Part shown: positions 15,551 through 19,283 of the stretch, piece after piece
Numbering within the stretch: position 1 is the first letter of the stretch
Layout: each line of letters begins with the position of its first letter
Source: Macrostomum lignano
Taxonomy: Eukaryota
Direction of reading: 5' to 3'
Length of the DNA: 19,283 nucleotides
Assembly: GCA_002269645.1 (NCBI GenBank)
Contig: NIVC01005236.1
Location: forward strand, 1-19,283
Notes under the pieces: generated by a model
Database searches by the model: none
Told to the model about the DNA's origin: nothing
Seen by the model: only the letters and a program-made list of their open reading frames with translations
Made by a program: the position numbers and the translations under genes

Positions 15551-17111
15551 CTCCCCCGAGTAAAAGAAAGAGGTAGGACAAAGGAAAGAAATGCTTCGCT
15601 TCCAGCTTCCCTGTGCTTGCGTGATGAGGCTTCCGTACCTGGCTGGCTGTCCACCTCAACACTCACACAGTTCTGCTGTAGGCTAGGCGAGAGAAAGAAA
15701 GGGAGGGGAAATAAAGCATATTACCATGAAATAGAAAGTGAGTCCGGAAAATTCACTTTCGCAGTTCTTCACACACTCCGTTACCAGGTAGCTATTCTGA
15801 TTGTAATCAAATCCGCTCGTCTACCACTTCACACTTTCTAGCGCTGAAACTGATCGGCTAAATTAATTTTAAATTGAATCAGGGGCTTTTGGCGAATGAA
15901 TGAATTTGGAAATTTCGAATGAATTGAACGAATTCGCAGCCCGAAAAATTTGAAAAGTTACATTAATATTTTTGGATTTTGTTGCCTCACGCCATGGGAG
16001 AAGAGAATGACGATTGGCGATTTTTACGATTGGTAGATTTAGACATGGCACTCTTTGCGCTTCGGCCACCATTCTGAGGGATGCCACAGGTGCGCTTGTC
16101 ACATCTAAACCACCAGTCCGAAACTCAGCGCTGTTTGCACCAGATCCCACCGCTGCCACCATTTTTGATGAACCGCCCTTGTCGCCTGTCCGCTCCGTAG
16201 AGAGACGAACGCATGGCTAGAGGGGGCAATGACCGTAGGCTGCCTATGACCGGGCAATGACCTGACGGACCTCCAGCACCAGACTGTCCCGCCCACATGA
16301 TTAGTAGCTTTGGTAGCGCTTCGTGACCAGAGGGCCAAGGACCCACATGGACCCCACCTGTAGCCAAGGTGCAATAGTTGGTCACTCGGTCATGGTATGA
16401 CCGAGTGGCTGCCACCACTCTATGTGACCTGGCGCACCTGGATCTTTCTACCAGACCTCTCGAGGCTAGAGCCCCGCCTGGATTGGTTACCAGGGGATTT
16501 AGGCTAACAGGGGAGACGCATGCAGCCGAGTACAGGGACTCTGCTTGGGGCATGATCGGGAACTCTGGGCTCAATCCTGGAGGATTTCTCAGCAGGGGAT
16601 CCTTTGTGGCTGTGAGCGAGGCTGACTTGCGACTTTGATTACTAAGAGTAGTATGAGGCGAACATGTACTGTCTACAGTTTAGATTGCTCAGGGCGAAGG
16701 GACGCGTTAGCATGGGGTTGCAACCTTCCTACTGCCATTCTGTGCCAAGACTCGCTAATCCCTCTACTGCACGCACACGCGGCCCCGCAGCACGCACTCA
16801 CAGGCGGGCTTTGCACGGGGAGAGGCCATTAGCTTACCCAAACTTCCTTATGCTTTGCCACCCCGGGAGAAAGGCTTAGCAAGCCATGAGTGAAATGATG
16901 GTGAAAGATTGAATAATGATGAAGTTAGTTAATAGTTAATAATTAGGCCCTTAGGCAAATAATCAGGCAATTAGGCGGCTTCACTATTGAGTAAAATACA
17001 GCAAAAGATACGGTATCACAATTGGCTCAGCTCTCTAATCAGACAATGGAAAATAGGCAAACCCCGGATAAGCAAAGGCAATTAGAGCACAAATTAGTAA
17101 CAGGAACTTAC

Positions 17112-17520
17112 CGGCAGCTGCACAGAGAGAGAGAGAGGCGGAGTGACCGGGGCGGCTGTAGGCTGCAGTCAGGCAGACGGTGAAGCGGCGATGCGCTGGA
17201 GCGACGAGGCGCTGATGTGGATCAGGCGATGCTGATGATGCTGGGCGGTATCAGACCGCTGGCCGATAGGCGAGCTCACTTGGGGAGCTAAGGATAACTT
17301 GGCGGTAACAGACCGCGGACCGGCAGGGATTCGTCTTATAGACGAATGGGTCAGAACTCAATCTGACGGCAAGTCCAAAGAAGGACGAGGAGAGGAAAAG
17401 TTGAGGATTCTCATGCCGAAATCGCTTCCTTTTATAGACCTCACAGCCGCCTCCTCAAGGTCGTTACCATGGCTCCCTCTCTCTGATTGGCTGCCGGCAG
17501 AATGACGTCAGAATGAGTCA
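17112..17520 (-). promoter_or_regulatory. Pol II promoter-like cluster and putative non-coding first exon ending at a GTAAGT donor
   Basis: In minus-strand order: AP-1 TGACTCA (17514-17520), CRE TGACGTCA (17503-17510), AGCCAATCAG CCAAT box (CCAAT 17486-17490), TATAAAA (17430-17436), then CCG|GTAAGT at 17112/17111. Confidence 0.55.
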
Positions 17521-17940
17521 TGATGAGAAGCATGAGACCGCATAGCAACATGAGAAATAGGGAAATTGCGCAATCCGGAGGTGGGGTGGGGGATAATTGG
17601 CGCAGCGGGTGGTCGCGAAAGTGTTGCGCAAGCAAACATTGAGAACAATAGGGCTGGGGTCGAGAACAAAGGAATTGGAAATCGGGATAATTGGGGAAAA
17701 CTGAGAACAATGGAAAAGTAAACATTGGAGAAAAGGTGATAATTAGGTGCGAAAACGAGAACAAAAGAAAGAGAAAATCGGAGAAAATGTGATAATTGGT
17801 GGGGGTCGAGAGAACAAAAGAATCAAAAACGAGAACAATAGAAGCGGAGGTGGGGTGGGTGTCGCATGAGAAATTTGGGAGGAGAACAATAGCATGAGAA
17901 AAGGTTGCGCAGAGAGGGGATGAGTCATCGATGAGTCATC
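17520..17940. repeat. Degenerate GA-rich repeats with 7 GAGAACAA(T/A) motifs and tandem GATGAGTCATC
   Basis: GAGAACAATAG/GAGAACAAAGG/GAGAACAATGG-type motifs recur from 17641 to 17892; CGGAGGTGGGGTGGG twice; TGAGTCA at 17921 and 17932. Confidence 0.55.
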
Positions 17941-18358
17941 GGGGGAAGAAGGGGTCACACGACTTGCGTCACCGTTTGGGAGTTTGGGAGGGGATGGGGA
18001 GACGGTGAGCACACAAAATACTGTAAGTAGACACAGAGAAGGAGGGGACAGCGCAGGAAAAAAAGTGCAGAGAGAGATAAAAAGAGGGGGGAAAGGGAAA
18101 GTACAGGAAGAATAGGGCGGAAACAGAAGAGATAGGGTAGAGGGGGAGGTACAGAAAGGGGTAGGGGCTCCGGAAAGGCAGGTGTGGCGGCAGGAGAGAC
18201 GGGACCAAGGCAGCAGGAGGGGTGCAGCAGAGCGGGAGTCTCCAGGCCCGGTCGGAGACCTGCCGAGTCTCGACAGCTCTGTGCAGAGGGTGCACGGGAT
18301 AGGAGGCACTTTCGAAAAAGTTCCCATGCCCTATCCGCGACCAGAGCGTGGTTACATC

Positions 18359-19050
18359 ATACAGGACAACTCTCTTTTGAAGGATTGTACATGTACAGGA
18401 CAATCTCTTTTGAAGGGTTTTACATGTACAGGACAACTCTCTTTTGAAAGGTTTTACATGTACAGGACAACTCTCTTTGAAGGGTTTTACATGTACAGGA
18501 CAACTCTCTTTTGAAGGATTGTACATGTACAGGACAACTCTCTTTTGAAGGATTGTACATGTACATCACAACTCGGTTTGAAGGGTTGTACATGTACAGG
18601 ACAACTCTCTTTTGAAGGATTGTACATGTACAGGACAACTCTCTTTTGAAGGGTCGTACATGTACATCACAACTCGGTTTTGAAGGGTTGTACATGTACA
18701 GGACAACTCTCTTTTGAAGGTTTTAAATGTACAGGACAACTCTCTTTTGAAGGGTTGTACATGTACAGGACAACTCTCTTTTGAAGGGTTGTACATGTAC
18801 AGGCAATCCTCTTAAAGGGCTGTACATGTACAGAACAACTCTCTTTTGAAGGGTCGTACATGTACAGGACAACTCATTTTTGAATGATCGTACATGTACA
18901 GGACAATCCTTTGAAGGGCTGTACATGTACAGGACAACTCGGTTTTGAAGGGTTGTGCCAGTATATGTACAGGACAACTCTTTTTTTAAAGGGCTGTACG
19001 CGTACAGGACAATTGGTTGAAGGGTTGTACATGTACAGGACAATTCTTTG
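18359..19050. repeat. 34-bp minisatellite, ~20 copies, with the palindrome TGTACATGTACA
   Basis: Consensus TTGAAGGGTTGTACATGTACAGGACAACTCTCTT; period 34 (e.g. 18361 to 18395). Confidence 0.95.
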
Positions 19051-19146
19051 CGGGGATGTACTCGTACTGAGCGAGTATACAAGGGGATTATTTTTAGTGG
19101 GTATAATTAACCAATTAGCATCAGCACCACATTCGCAAGCACCAAC

Positions 19147-19283
19147 CTGAGGATGCAGGTAAGGCGGTGTGACATGCAGCACATCATATCCGCCTTTGTC
19201 CGGCGGAAACGGATAGTCAATAGAGGAATGATTGGGCAACAGATCCACATCGTGCAGAGCCATATAGTCGCAGTCTGAGCAGC
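19147..19283 (-). CDS. B4GALT7: Internal exon of a beta-1,4-galactosyltransferase 7 (GT7 family)-like host gene; continues beyond the window
   Basis: CSDCDYMALHDVDLLPNHSSIDYPFPPDKGGYDVLHVTPPYLHPQ resembles the recalled human B4GALT7 [36 protein letters not shown] (DVD metal-binding motif). Similarity stops at CAG|GTTGGT (19147/19146). Confidence 0.82.

Noticed and set aside
15880-16035. CCAAT, E2F-like and CHR-like motifs suggesting a cell-cycle promoter
   Set aside because: Short motifs in AT-rich sequence with no defined TSS or downstream gene; chance occurrence is plausible.
15869-16879. Several 65-150 aa ORFs on both strands
   Set aside because: No recognisable domain, mostly non-ATG starts, and no consistent frame.
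17743-19150. ORFs with MYNPSKESCPVHV / CTCTGQ repeats and a hydrophobic 194-aa ORF
   Set aside because: Translations of the 34-bp minisatellite and GA-rich low-complexity DNA. Only the part of ORF 18874-19263 above 19146 is real (B4GALT7-like exon).

Overview
Eukaryotic (animal) genomic DNA; the species cannot be determined from sequence alone. (1) 1-10160 (+): near-complete, young Ty3/gypsy LTR retrotransposon with ~99% identical LTRs, tRNA-Gln PBS, PPT and gag-PR-RT-RNaseH-IN. Four single-base -1 breaks at G/C runs interrupt the coding region; correcting them gives one ~1,920-codon ORF. It has two unusual cargoes: a cold-shock domain between the CCHC knuckle and the protease, and four antisense Tudor-domain (DYGN) fragments in the 2.1-kb 3' region, lying between two stem-loop tandem arrays. 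(2) ~10161-15550 (-): a second, frameshift-rich gypsy-like element with gag, a GGGAAAC/pseudoknot frameshift signal and protease, but no RT/IN in view; a plus-strand terminal-exon-like ORF lies beyond its protease. (3) 15551-19050: minus-strand promoter-like region, Sox/AP-1 motif cluster and a 34-bp palindromic minisatellite. (4) 19147-19283 (-): an exon of a B4GALT7-like galactosyltransferase, so the whole TE pile probably lies in one >19-kb intron. All domain calls are by eye from recalled family motifs; no searches were run.
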